From Rhizophagus irregularis (Eukaryota): 59,222 nt of DNA. The translations under genes were made by a program, and so were the position numbers. The stretch spans positions 7,936,001 to 7,995,222 of the forward strand of contig NC_089429.1 of the NCBI RefSeq assembly GCF_026210795.1, given 5' to 3'. Of this stretch, positions 24,690 to 37,786 are shown piece after piece. The notes below the pieces were generated by a model. It did no database searches, had not been told where the DNA came from, and saw only the letters and a program-made list of their open reading frames with translations. The first letter of the stretch is position 1, and each line of letters opens with the position of its first letter.

Positions 24690-26270
24690 CATTCAACTCG
24701 TATATCTTTCCCTATCTCCCCTAAAAAATAAATCTTTATTTATTTAAAAGATTGGTACAACATTCACTCAACGTAACAATCTAAACACTACCACATCTGC
24801 CTAAAAAAAGACCGACCACCAACCATAAGGTGGGCAATACCAAATACTTCTTGATCTCAACTTCATCAATAAAGAATTTGATATTTTGATGTTATTTCCG
24901 CATCGTGCGACCAAGAAATAAATAGGTCACACCTTATTTGCACCAATATATTATCCCCATCTCCCTAACTACACAAGATAAAAAAAGAATACATCAAATA
25001 ATATTCCCGATACGTGCCAAATACTCTTGATCAACTTCATAAGAAGTAACGTTCCTTACAAGCTAAGAAATAAATACTACACACCCTCTATTACGCGCTA
25101 TCCATCAATTCGTACACCTTCTCATCTACTTTGACCGCAAATTCATCAATAATAATCTCGTTGCACATCAAGCATTTTTGATCTAAACTTCATTAATAAG
25201 GAATTTAACGTTCCTTCTACATCACAAGGCATATAACATATACACATATATAATTCTTTTTTTTTCGCAGCTCCCTTTACAACACAAGACGAAAAAGAAA
25301 AATTACAATTCTTATTACACACTAAACACTCCTGATCTCAACTTCATCAATAAAAAACTGATCAAGGAATAAATAGATCACCTTTAGCCACAAATACATT
25401 ACATAATAATTCTCGTTGCACATCAAAACATTCTTGTTCCTACAAAACTAGACATCAATACTATACTCCTCTATTATACACTTCTCATCAACTCATATAC
25501 CTTCCCTATCTCCTACACAAATAATAATCGCCAAACACTCTTGATCTCAATTTCATCAACAAGGAATTCACTCCTCTAATCCATCAACTCGTACACCTTC
25601 TCCATCTTGGGACTGCATATGGCCTTGGCATTTTTGTATACGATGGAGAGAACTCTAAGATGACTTTATGGTCGTCAAGAGTGATAAGAATTTCTTATTA
25701 TTAGGCGTACCTGGATCGATCGACTTTAGGAGCTGACAGCTACTTTAACTATCCAAATACATCAAATTATAATTCTCGTTGCACACATTCTTGATCTCAA
25801 TTTCACACTTACACACAACCAAGAAATAAATAGGTCACGTTCTATACACTTCCCCATTATGCACTATCCATTAACTCATATATTTCCCATCTCCTTTAAC
25901 TACAAATACATCAAATAACAATAGCAACACCAAATGCTCTTGATCTTAACTTCATCAATAAAAATTTAACGTTCTTATGACCAATAAATAAATGGATCAC
26001 ACCTTATTTTGCACTAACTATCATTTCTCCGTCTCCCTAACTACATAGTAAGATATAAAAGAAAAAAAAAAATACATAAATAATAATTCTTGTTACACGC
26101 CAAATATTTTTGACCTCCCATCGTCGCGTTACTGATCCACTCAGCTTCCATAGGGTCAAGAGGTTTATTGGCGGGGATGCCTATACTCAATCTCTCAAAT
26201 AGCCAGAGGGCAGTTTTCTTGTCATCAATGAGAAATTTGATATTTCTTCCATATCACGTGACCAGAATCC
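24690..26270. repeat. Old degenerate tandem array (~9 units, roughly 150-200 bp each)
   Basis: Core CCAAA(C/T)ACTCTTGATCTCAACTTCATCAATAAGGAATTT recurs at ~24841, 25018, 25168, 25323, 25424 (partial), 25531, 25785, 25930 and 26100. Confidence 0.75.
26113..26220 (-). pseudogene. Fragment resembling a Polinton/virus-like family B DNA polymerase
   Basis: Stop-free 36 codons KKTALWLFERLSIGIPANKPLDPMEAEWISNATMGG, GC-richer than the flanks. From memory it resembles the segment before the DxxSLYP motif of Glomeromycota virus-like polB proteins; not searched. Confidence 0.55.
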
Positions 26271-27916
26271 TTAATCAATAAAATAAAAAGTTTAAAAATC
26301 CTTGCCACACAAATTTTCCTATAGTTTCAATTTAAAATTGTTCATTTCTTAAGGATTGCATGATTTTAGGAAGCATTTTTGATGATTTCAGCAAAGTCAG
26401 AATTTGATTTCCGGTCATACCAAAAAAATGTTCACAAAGATTCTGCACCATAAAGTACCATAAAAACTAGGGAGTCAAGGACTTAAGGTATGTGTGTATA
26501 ATATTCACAATAAATAGGGTTTAATATTACCACTAACTCGAAAATCTCAATAAAATCAGGTTACTTTATAGTGAAATCACAATAAATGTAAGAAGTTATC
26601 ATCATTACGAATAAGTAGTCAAATAATTACCCTTACAAAGTTGGGCAAAGAGTCCTTTCAATATGTAGTACCATTATTATAATTTAAACATTGATGAAAA
26701 AGTTTTGTATGCGATGCTGCGACGTCATCTTGACAGTTCATCACTTTTTTAAGGATCTGGCATCTAAAGTATTGAATTGATGTTGTGCAAAATGTTAAGA
26801 GATGAGCGCCGCCAATCCACAGCACTTTTTGTTGCCTTCCATAGCATGTTTATGATTCTGATCACGTACATTGAATCAAAGTTGAAGCCGTTCTTAAAAG
26901 TATTTGTTGCCGCAATTGAAATTCAACAATAGCACGCACTACTGATCCGAATGATAGATAAGCTGTGAATTAATTTCTATAATGTAATTTAGCAATCAGA
27001 GTAATTATTACTGGAGGGGATTTTTGTGATGGAATCTTTACGATAATACATAAATAAAATAAATTAATATTAAAAATTAATTTGAAAATTTAAACTTACT
27101 TGTAAATATACAACGGTGCCTCAGATCATGAAGTATGCGTCAACGGCCAAATAAATAAAATAGGCTTCACACTAGTATTTGTGATAACATATATAAACGA
27201 TACGAGTAAAAATCTGCTTTATACGGTTAAATAATAGACCAGGTAAAAAACATGGTCCTATTCTAACTGCATGTCACCCTAAAAAGAAATTAATTTTTCA
27301 AAATTTGCGATTTTTAGGTAGGAAAGGGTATCGATTTCCGAAGAGAATTCTTGCAAGAAATACAGTAGTAATTTAGTAATTTTGAAAACAACTCTACAAC
27401 AGGTATAGGTGACACTTTCATACTGTACATATTTGCCAAATCAATACACCATTACACCAAATGATAAGAAAGTTACACATACTAATCTGATATCCATATG
27501 TTTTCCTCCACACTTTTTTTTATTAAATCTCAACAAACGATTAGGTTGGACCGATCCTTTAGCTTCTTAAAATAAGGTACGTTCATATTTTAAAAATATA
27601 AACATAAGATAAGGAGATTTTATATATATTTTTTCGAACTAAATTGGTTGTTTAACAGGTACGAAAACATTATTATGAGGCTTTTCATGTTTTCAATGTC
27701 TTTCATGGCAAGAATTGGCTGGACCAATCCCTATTTCTACGAAAGTTGTTTTGTTTTTAGAATGTCAAAAAAGCACAATCTTTTAAGATTTAAAGTTTAA
27801 AAATGACGTAAGTTATAAATAAACAAATGTTCTTTGAAACACAAAAAATTCTTAATTCTTGTCATAATTCCAATTCGGCCAGAATTCAGATATCGAACTT
27901 GGTGATCACAAGGCCT

Positions 27917-28099
27917 CCAATATTGGTACAAGCAATCATTTGATTCCCTATCATATCCTCCTGCCGCAGGTGGATTAGATCTCGCATAGATTATAAATCG
28001 ATCGAAGTAATCAGGATCTCCCCCATCAGATGGCAATTACGCCTCATCATGGTGGTCCAGTAATGAGAAGAGGTTTGGATCCTCATCACCCGACGTCCC
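27917..28099 (-). pseudogene. Second fragment of the same putative virus-like/Polinton protein family
   Basis: GTSGDEDPNLFSLLDHHDEA*LPSDGGDPDYFDRFIIYARSNPPAAGGYDRESNDCLYQY with one internal stop; family assignment from memory. Confidence 0.5.
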
Positions 28100-28149
28100 T
28101 AGGAAATCTGCTTCTGATTCTAAACCACACGCCAATCAACACGGTTTAA

Positions 28150-29200
28150 TCAAAAAATCTCAAAATTTGAAATATTAACGTTAGCGTTCTAATGTAAATG
28201 ATGATGATGATTTATCCGATGGAAATTGATGATAAAGTACCTCAGAAAGGCAGAAACTCCGGACATTACTACTCCTAGATGTTACAGAAGCAAGCAATGG
28301 CAAAATCAATAGTTCAAAATAAAGATTAATGATGATGCCGATTTTATATCAGGAGAAGAATCAGACCACTTTCGCCTCTCAAGAAAATGAAAAGGAAATG
28401 TTCTATAAATCTTCTAGTAATCGTACCATTGAAACGCCTAATACTGATCACTGCTGATTCACCTTGAACTTAATTACTCCTTCCATCATTATCATCCACA
28501 TTCGTTTTTTTTTTTGATCTGGGTGTTTAATTGCACATTAATTAGAAGGTTTATATAATACTTGTTCAACATTCTTGTACAATGATCTCAGAATTAAAAG
28601 AAATACTTCAGGTGAAGAATCAATGGACCGCGATGAAGCTCAAAATTTCGTAAAACGCCACGAGGGTTGTATTGCATTACGGCCTAGCTTAATGCTGTAG
28701 TCGGATGAGATCCAGGACCAAGGAAAATGGAAATAGTTGTTATAGACAAACATCAAAAATTCCTATTACAAAATTTGTTAAAACGCCACACAATCATGGA
28801 TAAAAAATACCATCAAAATCTCGTGGAAGATAGTAAAGAATATTAAGTTGATTTCAAGCTGGCTAGAACGAAATTCTAAGCAAAGATTCACCATCAATTG
28901 AAAGAAATTCAAAGTTACATTCGAATTAAAATTTCCGATGATGGAAGTAAAGTTCGTGAACTATTCTTTATTGATCAAAGAATTGATTTGAATGATTGTG
29001 TCATAAATTATGGATCAATACATAGTAACCAAGGAACAATTCGACGCCATCACGAAATTTAAAGATGAGCAAATACGTTATAAACCTAATGAAATGGTCA
29101 GTAGTTTTAACGTCTACTTTTAGAATTATAAACAGTTCACATTCCTGATGACGATGATGCAATCATTTTTTGATTAAAGAAACCTTCTGTAGGTAGAGAA
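28150..29200 (+). pseudogene. Unidentified degraded coding sequence
   Basis: Coding-like composition and broken peptides such as IDQRIDLNDCVINYGS and KYIVTKEQFDAITKFKDEQIRYKPNEMV; no recognisable domain. Confidence 0.3.
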
Positions 29201-32094
29201 GTGGCCGGGGAGGAGATCGCGACGGATGTAGTGTGCGTGATGGAGGTCGTAAAAATCGGGATCGTGGTACAGCCGCAAATAAGTTGGTGATTTTATTTTT
29301 CAATTAAAAAAAACAATTTTTTTTCCCCCAAAGCTTATCAAATCATAAACAATTTATGTAGTAGCAAATTATGGTATAATCCCAAATGAATCTTCGAATG
29401 AAAAGTCCAACAGAAAGTAAGAAATAATAATTAGCTTATGAAATAATTATTTCATCATTGGTAAGGCAATAATCAACTTTGTCATCGACGCTTTTTGAAC
29501 GAGAAGAGCAAATCAAAATGATGAAAATAGCTGACCTAATGGTACTTACGTAAGTGAAATAATTAATCTAAGTCATACATACTTTCGTCTTTCTTAAAAA
29601 TATACACTTATTGTGACCTTCTTAATCTATTAATCAATATCTTGTAGATTTATGTAAGTATTATCAGAATACATTTTCTAACCTAAAGAAATATAATATT
29701 CATGCTTCAAGTACTTGCAGCCCCTATTTCAAATCTCTCAGCAATTAAGATGGAACTTATTTACAAATGTAATAATGCATTGAAAATTTACATAGATTGC
29801 CATTTGATACACGCGCTTAAAATCTTCGGAGCTGAAGCGACAGGGTTCTTTTTCGGAGCTGGTTTTTCTTTGAGAGCGGGCTTCTCTTCTTTGAATGTCC
29901 CTGGAATTCCGAAAGGTTCTTTGACAGTTCTTGATTCAACATTTCACAATTTTTTTCTATTTTTAAATTGTCTTGTTACCAAAAAAAAAAAAAATCCAAG
30001 GTTACTCGTTAAATTAGCAGGGTAATACAGCATATTTCAGGAAATTTATTTAGCCGACCTTATTGCGTAATTTCTTTGACAATCCAACTTGCATATTGTT
30101 ATTCATGTATAATTTGTACCAGCTGGTTAATCCGTATCATTTGTACTATCATTAATTATTTGTACAGAAAACTGAATTCAGAAACAATGAGTAAACATAT
30201 AAAGAAAATAATGGCAGATTATTCAGTTTTAAATTGTTTTTATAACTTCATGTGATCAAGTATGAACGAAAAAATAGCGTAAAAAAATGGTGTGATAATT
30301 GTGATATTATAGCAAAACGATAAGATATCAAGTCACAAATTAGAATTATTTTATTATTTATGATTGATGACTATTAGCATATTTAATGCTTAAAAATAAA
30401 GAAAATATAAAATATTAATTTTATGCTCAATCATTCAAGAACAATAAAAAAAAAAGATATTTAATGGTCGATAATTTTTTATTTATTTATTCAGATTAGA
30501 GAATATTATTTTTATCCGATGATATTTTCGTATATATCATTTATAAAATTAAATCCCATGAGAATTTATTTCAATGAAATTAAATCAAATGGCGTTATGG
30601 ATTTTGATACACAAGAATGGGGATTTAAAATCGTATATGGTTTACAATGATTACAATGATTTATTATGCATACTTGTTATACGTAAACATTTCGGAGTTT
30701 GAAAATTATATTTTTGGAAAAAATTTTTGTAGATTAATTATGAGACAAGTGAGACAAGATTAAACGAATGAAAATAAAAAGAGTTAGATTGATTACGTCG
30801 ATTTTAGAATGATTGGTAAATATTGAGAACAAAAGCAACCAATGGTGTTTAGCCGCGTTGTTGGTTATGTAACCTTATTGCATTGTGAAAATTTCGGTTG
30901 TGGAGTGATACAACACTACGCCACTCTGATAATTAATTAAAACCTTAATAATATACTAACCTAAAAACAAAATAATATCCTAAATTTGTTTTCATTGATT
31001 AGTATATTAAGGTTGATACAACTGACAAGTGACCAATTATAACATTGGCTTTCCCGAATTAATAATAAATTTTTCATTTGAAGCCTGCTAGAAACAAGGA
31101 AGGTTCTAATGACGTTCCGTTTTTATGTATAACTACAGTATTCATTTGCAAAATCATGATAAATTTCTTGTCATGTTTCACACATATTTATACATTTAAA
31201 TTAATTGCATAGTAATTTTTATTTAAAATTTTTAAAATAAATAACATATTTTACAAAAAAATAGATTTTATCATTTCGGCCGACGCTGAGCCACGTTTAA
31301 AGTGATGACCAGCTGATCCAGATGATCATACTGTAAACTTATTAAATGCGGATATATATTATTTTTAAATGTCGATTAATTTATAACGCTAAAATAATGG
31401 TGGGTTAATTATATTACACATTTGATCTTCTGATAAAGAAAAACTTCATTATTAATATTTTACAGTAAGCAAGATTTTGGATATGGTATCAATCAAATGT
31501 AAGATATGTCGGTTGAAAGTTAATCATGGAATGGTTGAATTAATTAAAGTCAAGATATTTGAATTGAAAGATATAATAATTTTGACATTAGAAAAAACCT
31601 GAAATCATTTCCTGTATCTGGTAGTTAACCCATGTAATATTCCATCCATCTACGTCATCCTATTCACCCCTACATTTTCCTTTTTTGATTACCTTTTTGT
31701 AACACTGATGATTTTGTAACACTGCTTATTTTATTTAGTGTTTATTGTTAACAGTTGAGCTTGTAATTAGAATAAATATTAATTTATTATATTGTAATTG
31801 TTTTTAAAAGAAGCAGTAAAAAAATTATAATTACAAAGAAAATATTCTGAACGATTCTTCTTAAAAATCAACAAGAAACATACTATAGTCGAAATTAAGG
31901 CGCAGTAAGTAGGCGCAGCTAACTGATGATGAAATGACAAGATTTTAGTGTCGGTAAATGCACTAACATTTTCGTTAGCGGTATCATATAAACAGATAAA
32001 AATATAAAATATAAGTTTCTTAATATTATGACATTCAGTGAATGTTAAAATTTATATGAACAAGTAAATTTCCTTACTACGCCCGTTAGAATAT

Positions 32095-32600
32095 AATCCG
32101 GGAACTCCGAAATATTTATCTGGAATAGTAAAACGCCATATTTTTAGTATGACAAATAATTTGTAAAAAAAAATTTTATAAATAGTTTTCTTTGTTGAAT
32201 GATTGTCAAAAAAAATTTTATATTTGGTGTGATGCACTACTGATATATATAAATAGGGTTAACCATTAGGATTCCTTGAGAATATTTGAATTTTTTATAT
32301 ATATAACAATCTTTATTTTTAAGAATTAATATATTTTTCAAGTAATTCACACGGAGTTTGTAATAAAATTAATTTTTAAAATAAAAATCAATAATAAAAA
32401 AAATAAAATTGCCAAAAGTAGATAACAATCACGATTTAAAGTTCAGCAGATCTTAGACATACAAGGCCTAGCTTAATCCATAATAGTAAATAGAACACTT
32501 CGGATGTAACCCTGAATTCTGTAAAAAGAAAAAAAAAATTTTTTTTCTTCAAATAAATATTCTAAATTTCTTTCAAATTATATAAACATGTGTGACCTGA
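32095..32600 (+). mobile_element. Dispersed repeat, copy 2 (homologous to 6120-6780)
   Basis: GGAACTCCGAAATATTTATC at 32101 and TTAAAGTTCAGCAGATCTTAGACATACAAGGCCTAGCT at ~32436. Confidence 0.5.
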
Positions 32601-32705
32601 AAATGCGGCCGAACGTATTATTTATTAGATTTCACAAATATTTTATATTTAAAAACTTATCAATAATTAATTAATACTATACTATACAGTAAGACAAATT
32701 AAAAA

Positions 32706-33528
32706 TTATTCCAAATAGCTAAAATCTAAAGCCCATTCAAAATCATCCAGGATCATATTGTTTTCAACTTCTGGTGTTGTTGTTGAAATTTCTGTTTCTG
32801 TTGGTTGAAAAAATAATGAATTAAAATCATCAGACATTGGAGAATTTAAAGGGTCAATTTCATTTTCACAATTAACTACTCTTTTTGTTTGATTTTTTTG
32901 ATTTTTTTTATATTTTTTTCTTGCACTCCAAATGTTCTTTAGGTCGTTTCGAGGCCTTAATTTCCCAAACTTTTCTTTCATGTTAGTTTGTAATGTTTTC
33001 CATGAAATCTTTTTAACATTAGCGTCAATTTGTTGTTCGACCCATTCATAAATGTAGTCCCTCTCGTAGGAAGCGATGGGTATATCGCTAAGTAAACATA
33101 CTATATAAAAAAAAAATATTATTTCAAATATTATTTCTTTTTTTTAATAAAAAAAAATATATGTTGTAATTCCTTACAATTAGGATCAAGCTTATTAACC
33201 CAGCTAAAATTTACATTTATAAAATGGAAATTATTCGGTATAAGTTGTAATATTAAAATTTATTAAAGAAAAAATTTCAAATCCATTAGCTGATAAACTT
33301 ACAGATTATATATTTGTTTTGAGTTATAGGGAACAATTTTGCTCAATTGAGTCAACGGTTTTCGATCAATTTTTCCCCCACTGATGTATCGCTGCATATG
33401 TTCAATAATAATCTTCTCGCTCTGAAAAAAAAAATGAAAAAAAAGTTAGAATTAAAATATTAAATTAAATTCCTAATTATTTAACATACATCAAGATCAA
33501 TCTTAGATTTTTTGCTTTGACGATTCAT
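32706..33528 (-). CDS. Myb/SANT-like DNA-binding protein (two Myb-type repeats), 4 exons, ~192 aa
   Basis: Exons 33528-33490, 33421-33303, 33203-33178 and 33100-32706, with GTATG/GTAAG donors and YAG acceptors, splice to one open frame: MNRQSKK..SEKIIIEHM..YNSKQIYNLWVNKLDPNLC..ERDYIYEWVEQ..ISWKTLQTNMKEKFGKLRPRNDLKNIW. Confidence 0.8.
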
Positions 33529-35320
33529 AATTTTATGAATTTAAAATTTTAATTTTTTTATTATTTTGAATGTTCCATTTCAACTATATTTATATCTTAA
33601 ATTCTATATAGCCATGAAAAAAAACCTATTACACAATCACGCAGATATTAAAACTGACTAAACATATAACTACGTATAATGATTTTTTTTATGACATTGA
33701 TAAATAGCCATTATGAAATAATTCTTTGAGTTATCATCTTTGATACTTGTCAAAGGCTGTAAACTCTTTTAATATGCATTGTTACGTTTTTGTCTAATAT
33801 TATGAAAATCGGGGTACTGCGGATTCTGCACTTCAATATAACGTACGGATCAAAGAAAATTAAACTGAAAAATAAGAAAGAACGAAATTCCGATATGGAA
33901 ACGTCATATAAAGTAACTAAGTTTTTTCTCAAGTTCAAGCCATAACATTGATATGTGTTAATGTATCGTTTTTTCTTTTATTTTACGTAAAAAAATAAAT
34001 AATGACAATTTTTTAATTTTTTTTGTTTGTTGTGTGTACGACCATGTACGACCATGTACAGAATACCACTTGATCATGATGTCTTTTATTATGTTACATC
34101 ATGCATCTCTGTCAATATGCTGGTTTTGGCATTTTAACAAAGTAACAAGAACATAAATTAACAGAGTATTCCACGGAAAGCCAGATTTGAAATATAAAAT
34201 AACAAAATTACCTTATTTCTGGAAAAAAAATAAGACCGTAATTGTAAGGGTCATGTGCGATGATCAGCATATAAACAATATCAAATATATTGATGAGACC
34301 AAAAATAGTAAGATCGCAAGCATGCACATTTTTAATTCTACACAATGATAAAACGTAATCTAGTGATTCGGAGAACATTTCCGTCTAAAATTATTAATAC
34401 TTGTTATTTTCTAGTTTTTTTTTTTAGTTTTTTTTTATTGGTCGTTAGATAATTGGTTTAGGAAGTTCATTATTGAAACGCCAAGTCTTATGAAGTAATT
34501 TTTGAATGAGAAGTTACAAAATAATTTGCCAATTTTGGTCGCTAATTTATTGTTATTTATGATAAATTAGTAGCATTATTAATCGCTTATTATATTTTAC
34601 ATGTAATGAACTTAAAAAAATAGCCTCCGATCCTGGTCTTTTTTATTCCACATTTCATCATTCAAAACACATGCACGAATTGTCAGGCACTGAACTTTAA
34701 AATTTTTTAAACGTATTACGATAAAATGTAATTTGATTGGTTCGGAAAGTAAACACCGTTCAAATTTATTTATAAAAGTTCTTATTTATGCAACACATAC
34801 ATTAAAAAAAAAACGAAATGATGAAACGCCAAAATCTTTTGTGTATTTTATAGATATATTAACGTTTAATTGAATGAAACATTTTTTTTTTAGAAATGTT
34901 AAAAAAAGGAAATTCGTGGCATCTACATGTGAAGCAAGCTGCATGCTTTACATATGGTAAATTTTGAAAATAACGTTCCAATCTCCGGTTGTTTTTTTAA
35001 TTCTACTTTAGTTTTTTACCGAATTTTACCAAATTTCATAAATTCTTGTTTTCTTTTTTTTTTAAAAAAAAATTCTATTAAATTAGTTGATTCATCAATT
35101 CTCCAGTTAATATATTCACGTTCACGGCAAATTATGAAATACGAGCCGATAATTTTTTGGTCGAGACTCAAGATTTACACACTGCATGAATGACTTCTTA
35201 TTCATTTTATTGATCATTTGTTTGTTGTTGTACATTTTACGCCATAATTCCATCTCATACATAAATAGCATAAATAGACAAAAAAAAGACCAAGTTTCAT
35301 CTCTTTAAAAAAAAAAAAAA

Positions 35321-36745
35321 ATGGCAAGGCTTAACAAAGACGTAATGCTCCTAATATTGGAGGAATTGCAAAATGATAACAAGACTCTTTATTCATGCCT
35401 TTTGATTAATAGGACTTGGTGTAAAGCAGTTACTCCAATTTTATGGAAAAATCCCAATAGACAAGATATTAACGAACGTGTTTTCTTTAATGTAATACTT
35501 TCACATTTGTCGGAAGAATCAAGAAATAATTTGATGAACCAAGGGGTTAAACTTATTGCACAACCATATCAGCAAACTCTTTTTAATTATATCAGATTTT
35601 GGAAATACTTGGATCTATGTTTTTTAGATCGCATCATGCACGATTTTTTCAAATACCCTGAGTCCAAAATTTATATTGTAGGAAATGAAATATTGAATCT
35701 ATTTAATATGAATACAAAATTTATTTCTATTGCTATCCACAAGCTATCCCATATTTATATTACAGGAACTGAGCATTGTTTCTCAGAAATTTCAGAACTT
35801 GAATACTTTTTTTGTGATATTGAAATCAATAGTAATGTTTTAGAGAGATTGGCTATGATAAACTCATCAATTAAAAAGTTGAGATTTGAAATCAATAACA
35901 TCACGAAAAATCCTGGAATCATTAGATTAATTGAAACTCAAAAAAACCTAAAGGAGGTTATCGTCAACTCAAATAATTTATTTAGTAATGAGTTCTATTG
36001 TAAATCACTTGAAGAATCACTAATTAATTGTGCAGATACTATCCAGTATTTAAAAATAGATTGGATACCTACTACAAATTATCTTTCTTACCTCGTAAAT
36101 TTAGTAAGTTTAAAAATACAAGGTGCTCGCAATGCAAATTGGTTATATTTAGAAAATGTATTTTTACCTCATTTAAAAATTCTTAAGGCTCGATATATCC
36201 CATCTAGAATTTTAGCCAATTTAATTGTAAATACAAAAGGAAAGCTTATTGAAATCAGAATTCTTTTCCAACATTCCAAAGATAATGAAAAGCTTATCCA
36301 GGCAATTTATAGAAATTGTCCAAATCTTAATTATCTTCAATTATCATTGAATGATATAAATATTGCAGAATTTGAAAAGATATTAATTCACTGTAGATTT
36401 TTAATTGGACTAGAAATTATGGAATCAAATGGTTTTTATCCTTATAACAAACATGATTGGAGTAAATTCATGAAAATATTAGTGAATTCTTCTTCAACTA
36501 ATTTGTTCAAGTTTAAATTTTTTACTATGAATGTAGAGAATATGATAGAAGCTTTAGAATTATTTCTTGATGGTTGGAAGGATAGATGTCCTATAAGATT
36601 GAAAACAATTCCATTAAAATATGAATCGTATCAACTGCAGCAATTAAAAGACCTATTACAAATGTATAAGGTAAAAGGTATCATTAAAAATTATAGCGTT
36701 AATAGTAGTATTGACGAAATTGAATGTATCCAATTGATTAATTGA
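35321..36745 (+). CDS. F-box-like / RNI-like leucine-rich repeat protein
   Basis: 474-aa ORF: MARLNKDVMLLILEELQNDNKTLYSCLLINRTWCKAVTPILWKNP, LFNYIRFWKYL, NCPNLNYLQL. Confidence 0.9.
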   Translation: MARLNKDVMLLILEELQNDNKTLYSCLLINRTWCKAVTPILWKNPNRQDINERVFFNVILSHLSEESRNNLMNQGVKLIAQPYQQTLFNYIRFWKYLDLCFLDRIMHDFFKYPESKIYIVGNEILNLFNMNTKFISIAIHKLSHIYITGTEHCFSEISELEYFFCDIEINSNVLERLAMINSSIKKLRFEINNITKNPGIIRLIETQKNLKEVIVNSNNLFSNEFYCKSLEESLINCADTIQYLKIDWIPTTNYLSYLVNLVSLKIQGARNANWLYLENVFLPHLKILKARYIPSRILANLIVNTKGKLIEIRILFQHSKDNEKLIQAIYRNCPNLNYLQLSLNDINIAEFEKILIHCRFLIGLEIMESNGFYPYNKHDWSKFMKILVNSSSTNLFKFKFFTMNVENMIEALELFLDGWKDRCPIRLKTIPLKYESYQLQQLKDLLQMYKVKGIIKNYSVNSSIDEIECIQLIN

Positions 36746-37093
36746 TTGAATGGTTGAAGCAAACGAAAAATGGAGACATCCTGTCAAGATCTTTTCTTTT
36801 AAATTTATCGTATTTTTTATCTAAATTCTTTTCTTCTATTACTTTTATGTTTTTACCTAAATTTTTTTTTCTATCAATTTTTATGATTTTATCTAAATTT
36901 TTTTTTTCTATTATTTTTATGATTTAATTCTTTTCTTCTATCATTTTTATGATTTTATCTCAATTTTTATATAAATAAATAAATATTTGTATTCATAAAA
37001 AATAAAGTGTCTTTTTATGTATGTCATTTAAAATTTGGTCATATCGATGATGTATTAATATGAGTAATAAAGAATTAAATAGAACGGTTATGG

Positions 37094-37786
37094 TACATTT
37101 CGCCAAATGGATGTTTCGTCGAAGGGATGTTTCAACGAAGGGATATTTCAAAGAAGTGATGTTTAACGAAGAGATGTTTCAACGAAGTGATGTTTAACGA
37201 AGGGATGTTTCAACGAAGTGATGTTTCAATAAAGTGATGTTTCAACAAAGTGATGTTTCAACAAAGTGATGTTTCGCCGAAAGTACATTTCATCGAATCC
37301 ATTTCACCGAATTGTCACCGAATGGCCAAAAATCAACACGCAATGAAGATAAAAAATAAAAATTCTTATTTTAAATATTTTTTTCCATGATATTATCATT
37401 TTAACATTCAAGTAACTGATATTAATCTTTTTATGCAATAAATTCACGAAAAAGTAAGTAAAAAAAAAAAAGATTAATATATTATAAACAACCAATCTAT
37501 GAGAATGAGATAAATCATCTAATTCAATAATTTTTTTAGATATAAAGATTTCTCTATATATTTAGTATTAAGGCAATAAAATAACCAAGTGAAATAAATA
37601 ATTTTTTGGCGAAACATTATATTTGGCAACGCAAAATGTTCATTTGGCGGTGAAATGGTTTTAGCGAAGTGGAATTCGTTGAGATGGAGTTTTGGCAAAA
37701 CGGTATTTCCTTTCGGTGAAACACCTTTTTGGCAAAGCATCTCTTCGAGCGAAATGGCTTCGACGAAGTAGATTTTGGCGAAAGTA
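37094..37786. mobile_element. Foldback-like non-autonomous element with inverted 15-bp minisatellite arms
   Basis: Left arm 37094-37310 is (GATGTTTCAACGAAG)n; right arm 37605-37786 is the inverted TTTTGGCGAAA-type array. The ends TACATTTCGCCAAA and TTTGGCGAAAGTA are inverted copies. Confidence 0.7.

Noticed and set aside
29702..30025. 107-aa plus-strand ORF
   Set aside because: Appears to be the antisense shadow of a minus-strand Lys/Pro/Glu-rich relic
34954..35193. 79-aa ORF upstream of the F-box gene
   Set aside because: AT-rich promoter-like sequence with homopolymer runs and no domain
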